NCBI GenBank assembly: GCA_043735865.1
Contig: JAYTDP010000197.1
Span: forward strand, 1 to 30,468
Reading direction: 5' to 3'
Length of the DNA stretch: 30,468 bases
Source: Bdellovibrionales bacterium
GTDB taxonomy: Bacteria > Bdellovibrionota > Bdellovibrionia > Bdellovibrionales > UBA1609
Program-made: the position numbers and the translations under genes
Shown: positions 1-8,276 of the stretch, in pieces
Layout: each line of letters starts with the position of its first letter
Position numbering within the stretch: the stretch's first letter is position 1
Notes under the pieces: generated by a model
What the model was told of the DNA's origin: nothing
The model's database searches: none
Seen by the model: the letters and a program-made list of their open reading frames with translations, nothing else

Positions 1-53
1 GTTTGTCCATTGCCCGGCTTGACGGTTTCCGTCTCGAGGGCCAATCTATAGCG

Positions 54-527
54 ATGGAAGAAAATCAGGTGTGGAAAAAATGTAGCCGCTGCAAGAACGC
101 AATATCGTATGGTTCGCCTTATTACGTTTGTAGCGTTTCGACATGTAATGGGCAGCGAACTGGGTACGTATTTTGCCGTCACCTCTGTTTTGAAGCCCAT
201 TTGCCGGGTGCACGTCATCGCGACGCGGGCGCTATAGAGCAAAAAGCGCCTTCGTCTGCGGCGCCGGACCGACCTTCGGAGCGAAAAATTATTGCTCCAA
301 AAGCCGCGTCAGTCGGAATGCCCTCGACCCATACATCCGGACCAAAAGAAATTCTAATTATCGCCTCTCGGCTGAAAGAATATATCGACGCCAAAAGCGG
401 ATTTAATACCTCGGGACAAGTGTTAGAAATTCTATCTGACTCTGTCCGAAACCTTTGCGACAGAGCGATAGCGAATGCACGCGAAGACGGCCGCAAAACT
501 GTATTAGACCGAGATTTTAAAAAATGA
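54..527 (+). CDS. Bacterial histone-fold protein with N-terminal ZZ-like zinc finger (ZZ-histone type), 157 aa
   Basis: N-terminal C-x2-C-x12-C-x4-C-x9-C-x3-C-x3-H-x5-H. A Pro/Ser/Ala-rich linker follows. C-terminal EILIIASRLKEYI...FNTSGQVLEILSD...AREDGRKTVLDRDF closely resembles the Bdellovibrio histone Bd0055 pattern (EVLVVTSKVK...NTS...DGRKTVMARD). ATG at 54 is preferred over the TTG at 3. Confidence 0.88.
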   Translation: MEENQVWKKCSRCKNAISYGSPYYVCSVSTCNGQRTGYVFCRHLCFEAHLPGARHRDAGAIEQKAPSSAAPDRPSERKIIAPKAASVGMPSTHTSGPKEILIIASRLKEYIDAKSGFNTSGQVLEILSDSVRNLCDRAIANAREDGRKTVLDRDFKK

Positions 528-1507
528 GGCCGGGCTCTATTCGTAAAATTCTCATCATTCGTTTTTCGAGTCTCGGAGATATCGCGCAAGCTTTTGCCGC
601 CGCCCAGCTTTTAAAAGCGGCGAATCCTCATGCCGAAATTCACTGGGTCACCCGATCCGATTTTACCGAATTTGTCCGCAGAATCCCCAGCGTATCGCGC
701 GTTTGGTCTCTTTTGCGTACCGATGGTGTTTTGGGTCTGTTAAAACTCGGACGAGACTTGAGACGTGAACAGTTTGATCTCGTCTATGACGCTCATTCAA
801 ATATGCGATCATACGTTTTATCGATATTACTTTGTCGCCCAGGGACGCGCACAGTTCGACGATCAAAAGAACGGGTGAAACGCTTCTTACTCTTTACTCT
901 TCGCCGCAATACCTTCGAAAAACCGTACCGAGCGGCATGGTCTTTTGTGATTCCACTTAAAGCATGGATTGAACTTCCGGCCATCTTGCCTACTATTGCC
1001 TGGCAATCGCGCTCAACCAATGTTTCCGTCGCAGATCTTATATTATTTGCGCCGAGCGCCGCGTGGGAGTTGAAAAAGTGGCCGATGGAGTACTGGCGTG
1101 ATTTAATCGGTCTCCTGCCGGATTACAAAATCGGCCTTCTTGGAGGTCCTGATGATAATTTCGATGAGTTGGTGACGGCCGCTCCGAACCGAGTTCAAAA
1201 TTTTGCCGGCAAAATGAATTGGTCTGAAACTGCACAAGCCATTCACGATTGCCTTCTCGTTGTTTCAGCTGACACCGGCGCACTGCACATTGCGGATAAC
1301 TTTAATAAACGATCGATTGCCCTGCTAGGGCCGACCGCCTTCGGATTTCCATCGCGACCGAATTCGACGGTCCTCGACATCGAACTTTGGTGCCGCCCGT
1401 GTACAAAAGACGGGCGCGGCAAATGTATCAACGCCGAATTTAAAAAATGCCTAAAAGATATTCGTCCCGCGGACGTAGCGTCGAAAGTTCAGGAACTTCT
1501 TCAATGA
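524..1507 (+). CDS. Glycosyltransferase family 9 (ADP-heptose:LPS heptosyltransferase, WaaF/RfaF-like)
   Basis: KILIIRFSSLGDI N-terminus, YDAHSNMRS, KKWP, DTGALHIA and ALLGPT are typical GT9 motifs. ATGA overlap with the upstream gene. Confidence 0.9.
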   Translation: MRPGSIRKILIIRFSSLGDIAQAFAAAQLLKAANPHAEIHWVTRSDFTEFVRRIPSVSRVWSLLRTDGVLGLLKLGRDLRREQFDLVYDAHSNMRSYVLSILLCRPGTRTVRRSKERVKRFLLFTLRRNTFEKPYRAAWSFVIPLKAWIELPAILPTIAWQSRSTNVSVADLILFAPSAAWELKKWPMEYWRDLIGLLPDYKIGLLGGPDDNFDELVTAAPNRVQNFAGKMNWSETAQAIHDCLLVVSADTGALHIADNFNKRSIALLGPTAFGFPSRPNSTVLDIELWCRPCTKDGRGKCINAEFKKCLKDIRPADVASKVQELLQ

Positions 1508-2802
1508 TTTACTTTTTCTTTTTACTCTATCGGCTCATTTTCATTCCACTTGCCGCCCTCGCGATTCCGCTTATTGCATTATTTAATTCGAAAGTCCGGA
1601 CCGGCCTCGTGCTACGGATGAAAGTCCGATCGCTCCGCTACCCGCTTAGCGAGCGCCCGTTTTGGATTCACGCTTCGAGCGGTGAATTTGAATACGCAAA
1701 GCCGGTGATTCGCGAGTTGAAAAAGCAATTTCCGACTATTCCGATTCTGGTGACTTACTTTTCGCCTTCTTACAAAGATCAAATCGCCCGGTTCTCAGGC
1801 GTCGATCGCTTCGAACCTCTGCCACTGGACTTGCCCGGGGCCGTCCACAGCTTCCTGGAGTTTCACAAGCCTCGTGCACTCCTCATTGCCCGAACGGATT
1901 TGTGGCCGGAGCTTCTTTGGCAGGTCAGCCGTAAGCGCATACCTTCTCTCCTTTTTTCTCACACGCGCAAAAAATCAACGCCGCTGCTTCATTTTTATTA
2001 TCGAGTCATTTACGCGCTCCTCACCGAAATCTTCGTCGTAAGTGAAAAAGACGCATTCGAAGTCGGCAAAACTTCAGTGAATCCGTTTATGGCCGCCGGT
2101 GACACGCGCTACGATCAGGTTCATTTTCGCTTGGGAGAAGCCAGGCGCCTGCCGGCCACTGTAGAACGCCTCGTTGTCGCCGGTGGCGATTTCGCCGTCA
2201 TAGCAGGGTCGACTTGGGGCGAAGACGAGGACATTCTGTTACCGGCTTTTGCAGCGCTAAAAGAGTTTCCATTTCGCTTCATTTTGGTTCCCCACGAGAC
2301 AGATGAGCACCATCTGTCCACGCTCAAGAAAAAAGCCAGTCACTTAAACCTTATGTTACGCTTCGCCAGTTCGACGGAAGATACACGAGAATCAAGAGTA
2401 AGTGTTATCGACCACAAAGGAGTTCTTGCCGATCTCTATCCTTTGGCGGGAGTCGCTTTCGTCGGCGGATCATTTAAAAAGAAAGTGCACAGCGTGATGG
2501 AAGCACTAGGAGCCGGTAAAATCGTGATCGTGGGCCCATACTATGAAAATAATCGCGAGGCCGTCGAATTTCACGACGTGCTCGTTCACGAGGATATACG
2601 AGCGGTCAATGTCGTGAAAGATTCCAAAGAATTTGAAAGTTTAGTCTTAAAAATTTCCGCATTGAGTCCAGAGTCACGAAAAGCCGCTGAGAACGTCATT
2701 CGGGCGCAGTTTCAGCGCCGCCTTGGTGCCACTGCAAAGGTGATTGACTGGTGCGATTTTCATCTCGAAAATAACGGAACATTCAATATTCCCATTGCAT
2801 AA
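1504..2802 (+). CDS. waaA: 3-deoxy-D-manno-octulosonic acid (Kdo) transferase
   Basis: N-terminal membrane anchor, WIHASSGE, DLWPE, GDTRYD, AGSTW, and AFVGGSF...HSVMEA. The start at 1504 overlaps the upstream stop (ATGA). Confidence 0.88.
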   Translation: MIYFFFLLYRLIFIPLAALAIPLIALFNSKVRTGLVLRMKVRSLRYPLSERPFWIHASSGEFEYAKPVIRELKKQFPTIPILVTYFSPSYKDQIARFSGVDRFEPLPLDLPGAVHSFLEFHKPRALLIARTDLWPELLWQVSRKRIPSLLFSHTRKKSTPLLHFYYRVIYALLTEIFVVSEKDAFEVGKTSVNPFMAAGDTRYDQVHFRLGEARRLPATVERLVVAGGDFAVIAGSTWGEDEDILLPAFAALKEFPFRFILVPHETDEHHLSTLKKKASHLNLMLRFASSTEDTRESRVSVIDHKGVLADLYPLAGVAFVGGSFKKKVHSVMEALGAGKIVIVGPYYENNREAVEFHDVLVHEDIRAVNVVKDSKEFESLVLKISALSPESRKAAENVIRAQFQRRLGATAKVIDWCDFHLENNGTFNIPIA

Positions 2803-2815
2803 AGGAACATAAAAA

Positions 2816-4123
2816 ATGCCGACGTCAACACCGACTCCCTTCGAGCCCATTCGCGAAAAAGCTGGGCTTAACGGTTACAAAAAAGGCGACGTTCTCGTGA
2901 TGTTCGGCGAACTGTTCGCTCGTGGTTACGCCAACGGCATAGTCGACGAAGCAACCAAGTTAGGGATGAAGGTTATTTTTTCTACCGTCGGGCGACGTGA
3001 GCCCGATCAGACTCTTCGACCTCTGAATGCGGCTGAGCTCGCAGAAAAGGACCAACCGTTAATCAATATACCGCTCGAAGCAGGATTCGACCTTGAAGCT
3101 GACTCAAAGGGCGTGCGCCCCGTCGATCAATTAAAAGAATACGGCCTCACCGGTTGGGAATCGGCAAAATTAGATTGGGCCAACATTGAAGAGGCTAAAG
3201 TTCGCGGCCGCGAACGCTTTCGAAAAAACGTCGATGCGTTTTTGCTTGAGGTAAAAAAAATTGTTCCGAACGGCGCCAACGTCTTATTTGTTCACACGAT
3301 GGCAGGCGGCTTTCCTCGAGCCAAAGTCGTAATGCCGATTGCCAATCGCGTCTTCAAAGGTTCGGGTGCACGATTTATGTCGTCGAAGATGTTTTGGGAG
3401 AGCGAGATCGGCAAGCTTTGCGATTTAAGTTTCAGCGAAGTCACTGCCCACACTTTTTCAGAACTCATTGAACGTTCGGCAGAACTCCGCGCGCAAATTG
3501 AAAAGGCCGGCGGGAAGGTCGGATACGCAGCGTATGGATATCACGGCAATGAGGCTCTCATTCATGGAAAATACACCTGGTTTTCTTACTCACCTTACCT
3601 GCAAGGTTGGGCGAAAATGGGTCTTGAAAACATCGCGCGGGACGCCTTTTCGAGAGGTATTAGAGCTTGCGTTTATAACGTGCCAGAGATCTTGACCAAT
3701 TCGTCGAGTATTTTTTTGGGCGTTGAAATCTCCCTTTATTCACTTATTGCAGCCCTGCGAAAGGAACAAGGCAACAGTGATAAAGTGAAAGGCGTTATCA
3801 CAAAATGCGAAGCGCTTCTTAAAGACGGACACACCTATCAAGATGTCGAGAGAGTCACGAGTCAGTATCTCGAAAATCCCGCAGTGCTCAACTTTCCGAA
3901 GTTTGAAAATTGGCCGCAGCACAATGGACCGGAGCAAATGGAACTGATGCGCCAAACATCCACCGCAATGCTCGAGATGCACAAGGATCAAAAAAATCTG
4001 TTAACGGCCGAATTGAGTGAAATTGTATTTCGCGCCTGCGGTGAAGTCATGTTAGCTGAAGCCTTTGGGCCACGAGGGCCCGCCCTATGGGTCGGACATG
4101 ATCTCGTGGCGAAATGCTTTTAA
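2816..4123 (+). CDS. fabMG: Probable FabMG-family enoyl-ACP reductase
   Basis: KKGDVLVMFGELFARGYANG, TVGRR, PLEAGFD, HTMAGGFPRAK, AYGYHG, YLQGWAK, PEILTNSS and WVGHD match my recollection of the FabMG family. SD-like AAGGA lies upstream. Not confirmed by search. Confidence 0.65.
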   Translation: MPTSTPTPFEPIREKAGLNGYKKGDVLVMFGELFARGYANGIVDEATKLGMKVIFSTVGRREPDQTLRPLNAAELAEKDQPLINIPLEAGFDLEADSKGVRPVDQLKEYGLTGWESAKLDWANIEEAKVRGRERFRKNVDAFLLEVKKIVPNGANVLFVHTMAGGFPRAKVVMPIANRVFKGSGARFMSSKMFWESEIGKLCDLSFSEVTAHTFSELIERSAELRAQIEKAGGKVGYAAYGYHGNEALIHGKYTWFSYSPYLQGWAKMGLENIARDAFSRGIRACVYNVPEILTNSSSIFLGVEISLYSLIAALRKEQGNSDKVKGVITKCEALLKDGHTYQDVERVTSQYLENPAVLNFPKFENWPQHNGPEQMELMRQTSTAMLEMHKDQKNLLTAELSEIVFRACGEVMLAEAFGPRGPALWVGHDLVAKCF

Positions 4124-4135
4124 ACCTAGATTGAT

Positions 4136-6796
4136 TTAATGGCAGTGCGATTCGGATCCAACCGACTTGCTATTATTCAACATAACCAAGACTCGCAAGA
4201 GAGCAAAGCGATCGACGGATAAGTCCGGCGCTTTCGGCAATCCGTTGTCCCCAGAAAAATGACCTTGGTCATCCCGCTCGGGAAGCAAATTCACTTTTAC
4301 CCCGCCAGTCGATTCGAATTCATAAAGTTCGGCTCGCGCACGTCGCGCCAGTGCTTTATCGGCTGGCGAGAGCATTGCTGGCATCACTGGAGTTGGTGAC
4401 GTATCAATCGGTGCTCCCCGGCTGTACTGGTAAGGATCGTCGTTAAAATACCAAAGATCCTTCCATAAAATATCCAGCTTATCGCTCCATGAATCACTCT
4501 CAGGAATACGTCCGTGCTTCACTAAGAAAACGAAAATTCCCTTCAGTTTAGCTACGCTGTACGAGTCGTTTTTCATTTCTTTGATTTTCTGAGAAAGGAA
4601 AATATGAAAGCGCGGGAATGACGCCATAACTTCTTGTCCGTTCAAAATCCCATCACGATTCGCATCGTAGACGGTGAACAAAACTTCGACGTAATGCAAA
4701 ACCGTTGAGATCGTTGCGATCTCAGCCTTTTCAATATAACGCCGATCTTCGCATGGAATCTTCGCAACCTCAGTCAGAGCGTTAAAGAAAACATCTCGGC
4801 TTTGCGGACTGAGACGATTCAGGTAACTCTGCATGTAGGGAAGATTTGAAATTTCATTAAAGTGATTTCTTCCGAAATTCGCTTGAAAGCAGCGGCGATC
4901 AATTTTTCGATTATTGAAAATGTCGTCTGGGGTGTTTTCAGTTCCGCAAACTTTAGAAGTATTGGAATAAAATTCCTGCCGAACTTCGCCGCCGGACCAA
5001 ATAAACGCAATCAGCTCGAGGCCTTCGGTAAATGTAAGAAGATGGCGTGGGTCACGGGAATCATCCGACGGAAGCTGAATGCCGTTTCCGCTGAAGGTAA
5101 ACATGTTGCCTTCACCAAAAGAACGATTCCCGACACGCTCACTCCGCGGATCAAGAAACTTAACGTCCGAACCCAAGGGCCGAATAGCTTGGTAGAAATT
5201 TTCCAGCTCTTCCATCGTCACACCGGACATAGCGACAGCACGTTCCGGCGTCGCGTAGCCGCGAATCAACAGACGCATCAGGCAACCAAAAATGTTGAGC
5301 CGGCTTAGATTTGAAAGGCCTAGCTTCACATTGTATTTTTTAAGTTCTTTTCGAGGGACAAGCCATACTCTCGCGTCTTTTTCGCGGAACATCGGTCGCA
5401 CGTTTTTCACGATGGATTCAATGTGATAAACGCGATTATCTTTTCCGATATTAGTACCCGTGAAATATTCCGACAGGTCGAGGGAATTCAGCGGATCCTC
5501 TAGGTGTTCGTCGGCAAGACCAGTCCATTTGACGTTCTTGGCGACTTGAACCTGAAGCGCGCTCAGAATACTTGGATTGACTTGCGCATGTAATTTTCGA
5601 AAAGCGAGTTGGCTTATGTATCTCTGCGAGTCGGCCCACACATAAAATTCTTTACGAGCTTCGTTTAGAGCCGATACCGTGAAACCTGAAACGCGGTTGT
5701 CGCCCACGAGTGAAGGGTCCTTTAATATTTTCCCAATCAGCAATCGAACCACCGGCTTAAGGGAGGAAGCCTGGGCGTTTAACGGCAGCATTTCAATTTT
5801 ACTAAGAGAATCGATAAGATGATCAAGGCTGTCGTAGGTGATCACATTATTCGGGTGGACATTGAGCGTGCTTTGAAGTGTTGCAAACAAATTTTCGACA
5901 AACTCAATTAAGCTTTCAAGGCCTTCTCCTTGGGTCAACGAAGGTCGGCGTCTTAACGTTTGACCCTCAACGTACAGACCGTAAAGTCGGGCGGCCGTTG
6001 TAAATAAAGGCTTCCAATCACTTGGTGAAATCGCGTCCGGGCTTGTTCCAAGCATAACCTCTTTAAACGACGCGATGACATTCCTCAGATCGTTCGGATC
6101 CGTGGCCTGAGGCCGCAACTCTTTCCATTTGATAAATAGACGGACTTCCGAAAGCAAACGTTGCAGTGAATCCATCGAGTAGGAGGCCTGAGACGAAATC
6201 AGTCTATCCGATAAAATTTCGGCCGTCTTTTTGAGTGCCGCCGTTGCCTCGCGGACAGTCTCACGACTCGCGTTGAAGCGTTCACCCTTTAGTTCGCTAT
6301 GAAGACCGTAAAGACGAATAAACGGCAGGTGCCGTGCCGCTTCGGACCGAATTACTTCAATGCATTCGAGCATTCTTTTAAATTCAGCGTGCGAAATAAA
6401 GTCCTCGGAGCCCCCCATAATGACGACTTTCACCTTCATCGCTTCTTTTAAAAGTGCCGGCTCAATTTTATTTTTGGGCAAATAGTGTCGATTTAGAAAT
6501 TCGGCGATTTCGCTTGGTGCGTAGCCCGTTCGATCTTTGCCTTTCGAATAAAATTCGAAATCCTGAAGGGCTCCCGTCACGCAACCCATGAAATTATCGA
6601 GCTCCGGGCGGCTCATGTTGCCGCTCAAATAAGAGTCGACTCGGGCGGTGATTTCTCCGAGGCAATTAAATTTAGACCGGCCGAGACTCGCATTCACTGG
6701 CGGAGCATTGTCACCGGTTTTAAGTTTACAACCGCCAATGATGACCGTCATCGCAATCGCGATTCCAAAAAGTATGTGGTGAGCTTTAGAAGACAT
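4136..6796 (-). CDS. Large predicted lipoprotein with EF-hand loop (paralog A), 886 aa, function unknown
   Basis: Start chosen at ATG 6796 with an AGGGGG SD upstream. Signal peptide and lipobox MSSKAHHILFGIAIAMTVIIGG|C. Canonical EF-hand loop DANRDGILNGQE. Collinear similarity to 8277..10481. Confidence 0.8.
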   Translation of the reverse strand: MSSKAHHILFGIAIAMTVIIGGCKLKTGDNAPPVNASLGRSKFNCLGEITARVDSYLSGNMSRPELDNFMGCVTGALQDFEFYSKGKDRTGYAPSEIAEFLNRHYLPKNKIEPALLKEAMKVKVVIMGGSEDFISHAEFKRMLECIEVIRSEAARHLPFIRLYGLHSELKGERFNASRETVREATAALKKTAEILSDRLISSQASYSMDSLQRLLSEVRLFIKWKELRPQATDPNDLRNVIASFKEVMLGTSPDAISPSDWKPLFTTAARLYGLYVEGQTLRRRPSLTQGEGLESLIEFVENLFATLQSTLNVHPNNVITYDSLDHLIDSLSKIEMLPLNAQASSLKPVVRLLIGKILKDPSLVGDNRVSGFTVSALNEARKEFYVWADSQRYISQLAFRKLHAQVNPSILSALQVQVAKNVKWTGLADEHLEDPLNSLDLSEYFTGTNIGKDNRVYHIESIVKNVRPMFREKDARVWLVPRKELKKYNVKLGLSNLSRLNIFGCLMRLLIRGYATPERAVAMSGVTMEELENFYQAIRPLGSDVKFLDPRSERVGNRSFGEGNMFTFSGNGIQLPSDDSRDPRHLLTFTEGLELIAFIWSGGEVRQEFYSNTSKVCGTENTPDDIFNNRKIDRRCFQANFGRNHFNEISNLPYMQSYLNRLSPQSRDVFFNALTEVAKIPCEDRRYIEKAEIATISTVLHYVEVLFTVYDANRDGILNGQEVMASFPRFHIFLSQKIKEMKNDSYSVAKLKGIFVFLVKHGRIPESDSWSDKLDILWKDLWYFNDDPYQYSRGAPIDTSPTPVMPAMLSPADKALARRARAELYEFESTGGVKVNLLPERDDQGHFSGDNGLPKAPDLSVDRFALLRVLVMLNNSKSVGSESHCH

Positions 6797-8201
6797 GCGA
6801 GAATCCCCCTTCGATCCGATCATTATCCCGATATTTAGAAATGAAACTTTGTACGCCATCAAATTTATCGGGAGCTCCAAATAAATCGAATCCGACGTAG
6901 AGCTTCCAGCTGATTTCAGGCGCGTAACCGAGCTGACCCATGAGCCACTCACCACGATCACTAAACGAATACGTATATTTAAGTTCGCTTGACCATTTCA
7001 AATGGCGCTGCGGATAGACGGGATATCTCGCACCAACTGACCACAATTTTTCGAATCCCATTTTCTGTGTGGATGAACTCAGCTGCGCCGAAATCAGGCC
7101 GCTATCATTGGTGGCGGCCTCATCGCGATACACGAAGCCAGAATAGACAAGCGCTCGGGTATCAAAAAAGTGAGAATCGCGAGAGATGCCTATACCGTAG
7201 TAGTTCGCATCACGAACGGGAGTTTGCTCCCATTCCGCCGGAAGCTTTGGATCACTGAAGCGTTCAGCAGTTGCCGACAAGTAGATGGCGGAGCGCTCCC
7301 CTTGAAATCCAGTTTCAGCGGTCGCTAATCGATGTCGGATGATCGACGGATGAATCACGGGCTCGATAACACCCGTTGCCAGGTTGTTGATCCCTTTAGT
7401 TTCGATCGAAATATGATATTGATTAGCCGGTTTATCGGCTACTGAGAAGCGAGACCAAGGCCCATAGGTGTCGTCACCCGTTCGTACGGAAAATCCAACT
7501 GATGGATTAAAGATAACCTCCGACACTTCCGGCTTCTCGACATTATACATGATTTCTCGATCGCCCTGGTTGATCTGTAGGCGCGAAACCGGTGGGCGGA
7601 ACCAACGGTTCCCTGAGACAAGCTGTCCGTTCTCAATTTTGAAATTCGCCTGCTGATCAGGAAGATGAATGCCCGATACGAAGGCCGTGAAATTGAGATT
7701 GCTGCGGCGGCTTTCGATGAAGAGGCCGGTCAGTCCCATTTGCTGAGGGCGGACGTAATCCCAACGGAAAAGCGGCTGCCATAGTCCTATTCCCCAGTCT
7801 GTGTCGAGCCGACTCCACTCGTGCCGTTGACGCCCGAAAGAAACAACCATGTGAGAATCGCCATCGCTTACACTTTTGAGGTCTCCAACTTGAGCGTAAA
7901 AGTCTGGAAAATAAAAATTAAAATCGTCTTTGTTCGACAAAGGGATGATTGCGCGAACGTCAGCTTTTGTCTTAAGAAAACCATTCAAGTAGACTCCGTC
8001 CGCGCGAAAACTCGGAAAGACCGTCGAATAGGTATTTGTTTGCGACTCATACGTTGAGTCGGTTACATATTGGGACTGGGAGATGCCGACCGAAAGTGAT
8101 TGCGCGTTCGACGGCGCAGCGAAAAGACAACACTGTGCAATCGCCACAAAAAGAGCGAGCATTCGTCTCGTAAAATAGGGATTTGAGAACTTGGTCTTCA
8201 C
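6786..8201 (-). CDS. Predicted outer-membrane beta-barrel protein (paralog A), function unknown
   Basis: Sec signal (..LFAAPSNA|Q), alternating hydrophobic/aromatic strands and a C-terminal beta-signal-like GGFSHVF. Paralog of 10498..11880. Start is GTG 8201 or ATG 8162. Confidence 0.78.
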   Translation of the reverse strand: MKTKFSNPYFTRRMLALFVAIAQCCLFAAPSNAQSLSVGISQSQYVTDSTYESQTNTYSTVFPSFRADGVYLNGFLKTKADVRAIIPLSNKDDFNFYFPDFYAQVGDLKSVSDGDSHMVVSFGRQRHEWSRLDTDWGIGLWQPLFRWDYVRPQQMGLTGLFIESRRSNLNFTAFVSGIHLPDQQANFKIENGQLVSGNRWFRPPVSRLQINQGDREIMYNVEKPEVSEVIFNPSVGFSVRTGDDTYGPWSRFSVADKPANQYHISIETKGINNLATGVIEPVIHPSIIRHRLATAETGFQGERSAIYLSATAERFSDPKLPAEWEQTPVRDANYYGIGISRDSHFFDTRALVYSGFVYRDEAATNDSGLISAQLSSSTQKMGFEKLWSVGARYPVYPQRHLKWSSELKYTYSFSDRGEWLMGQLGYAPEISWKLYVGFDLFGAPDKFDGVQSFISKYRDNDRIEGGFSHVF

Positions 8202-8276
8202 CGGCCGATTTTATCATTTTGGCCGGGAAACACTAAGCTTTGCCTCTTGTTTCAACTCACGTTTTGTAAAAACTAT

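Noticed and set aside
3-53. TTG-started N-terminal extension of the histone ORF
   Set aside because: It abuts the window edge and adds non-conserved-looking residues. ATG 54 directly precedes the zinc finger.
6797-6961. 55-aa upstream extension of lipoprotein A in the ORF track
   Set aside because: It overlaps the barrel gene in another frame. ATG 6796 has an SD and yields a normal lipoprotein signal.
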